Shown: one piece after another, positions 63,466 to 64,000 of the stretch | How positions within the stretch are numbered: position 1 is the first letter of the stretch | How the letters are laid out: every line of letters starts with the position of its first letter | Source: Pelagibacterales bacterium SAG-MED43 | GTDB lineage: Bacteria; Pseudomonadota; Alphaproteobacteria; Pelagibacterales; Pelagibacteraceae | Assembly (NCBI GenBank): GCA_014653535.1 | Contig: JACWEK010000001.1 | Coordinates: 5,931 to 69,930 of the forward strand | Direction of reading: 5' to 3' | Length of the DNA: 64,000 nt | The notes under the pieces: generated by a model | Told to the model about the DNA's origin: nothing | Databases searched by the model: none | What the model saw: only the letters and a program-made list of their open reading frames with translations | Position numbers and translations under genes: made by a program

Positions 63466-64000
63466 ATGAAGGAAATAGTATTAGATACTGAAACAACAGG
63501 TATATCAGTCAAAGAGGGTCACAGAATTGTTGAAATTGGATGTATTGAGCTCGACAATTTAGTGCCTACAAAAAACAAATTTCACTGTTATTTAAATCCA
63601 GAAAGAAAAGTTTCTGAAAAAGCCTTTAAAGTTCATGGTTATGCTGATGATTTTTTATCTAAACAAAAAAAATTTAGCCATGTTGTAGAAGAATTTTTAA
63701 AATTTATAAATGGAAAAAAACTTATAATTCATAACGCTGAATTTGATTTATCACATCTTAATCATGAATTAGAAATTTTAGGAAAAGACAAAATTAATAA
63801 TGAAATTATTGATACACTCGTCTTAGCTAGGGACAAATTTCCAGGCTCATCAATTAGTCTTGACGCTTTATGTAAAAGATATCGCATAGATAACTCTAAA
63901 AGGACTCAGCATACAGCATTAATAGACTGTGACTTGCTTTCTAAAGTATATATAAACCTTATAGATCAAAAAGAACCAACTTTGGATTTTAAAAACTCAG
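63466..64000 (+). CDS. dnaQ: DNA polymerase III epsilon subunit (5' part, runs off window end)
   Basis: Manual translation MKEIVLDTETTG...HRIVEIGCIEL...IHNAEFD...SLDALC...HTALID covers ExoI-III motifs. Confidence 0.95.
   Translation, partial: MKEIVLDTETTGISVKEGHRIVEIGCIELDNLVPTKNKFHCYLNPERKVSEKAFKVHGYADDFLSKQKKFSHVVEEFLKFINGKKLIIHNAEFDLSHLNHELEILGKDKINNEIIDTLVLARDKFPGSSISLDALCKRYRIDNSKRTQHTALIDCDLLSKVYINLIDQKEPTLDFKNS

Noticed and set aside
1-64000. CRISPR arrays, IS elements, prophage, defence systems, rRNA or tRNA genes
   Set aside because: No spaced repeats, transposase/integrase/phage motifs or GC-rich structural RNA stretches seen; nearly all sequence is accounted for by recognisable CDSs

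Overview
Very AT-rich, gene-dense alphaproteobacterial chromosome segment. Gene content, gene order and minimal intergenic spacing point to SAR11 / Candidatus Pelagibacter (inference). It is almost entirely core housekeeping: mutM-ubiE-ubiB-coaBC-dut, fabA-fabB-fabI, a long minus-strand tsaB-fur-miaB-phoH-ybeY-lnt-metK-nusA-infB-rbfA-rpsO-pnp run, murJ-trpS-nfuA, grpE-dnaK-dnaJ-dapB-nth, leuS-lptE-holA, and the hemE-hemH-hemJ-rho-mnmE-mnmG-rsmG-parA-parB cluster. The probable replication origin lies between hemE and the DUF299 gene, with a perfect parS site inside rsmG. I found no rRNA, tRNA, CRISPR array, transposase or prophage, and no clearly new multi-gene system. The best leads are: an in-frame TGA in malic enzyme maeB at a column that is Leu or Cys in homologs; an irr-katG-Fe(II)/2OG hydroxylase-DUF2061 block with two ICE-like boxes; matching promoter-plus-hairpin leaders on nusA and rho; head-to-head genes sharing an ATGCAT start palindrome; and a CenR-like regulator with an eroded receiver domain.
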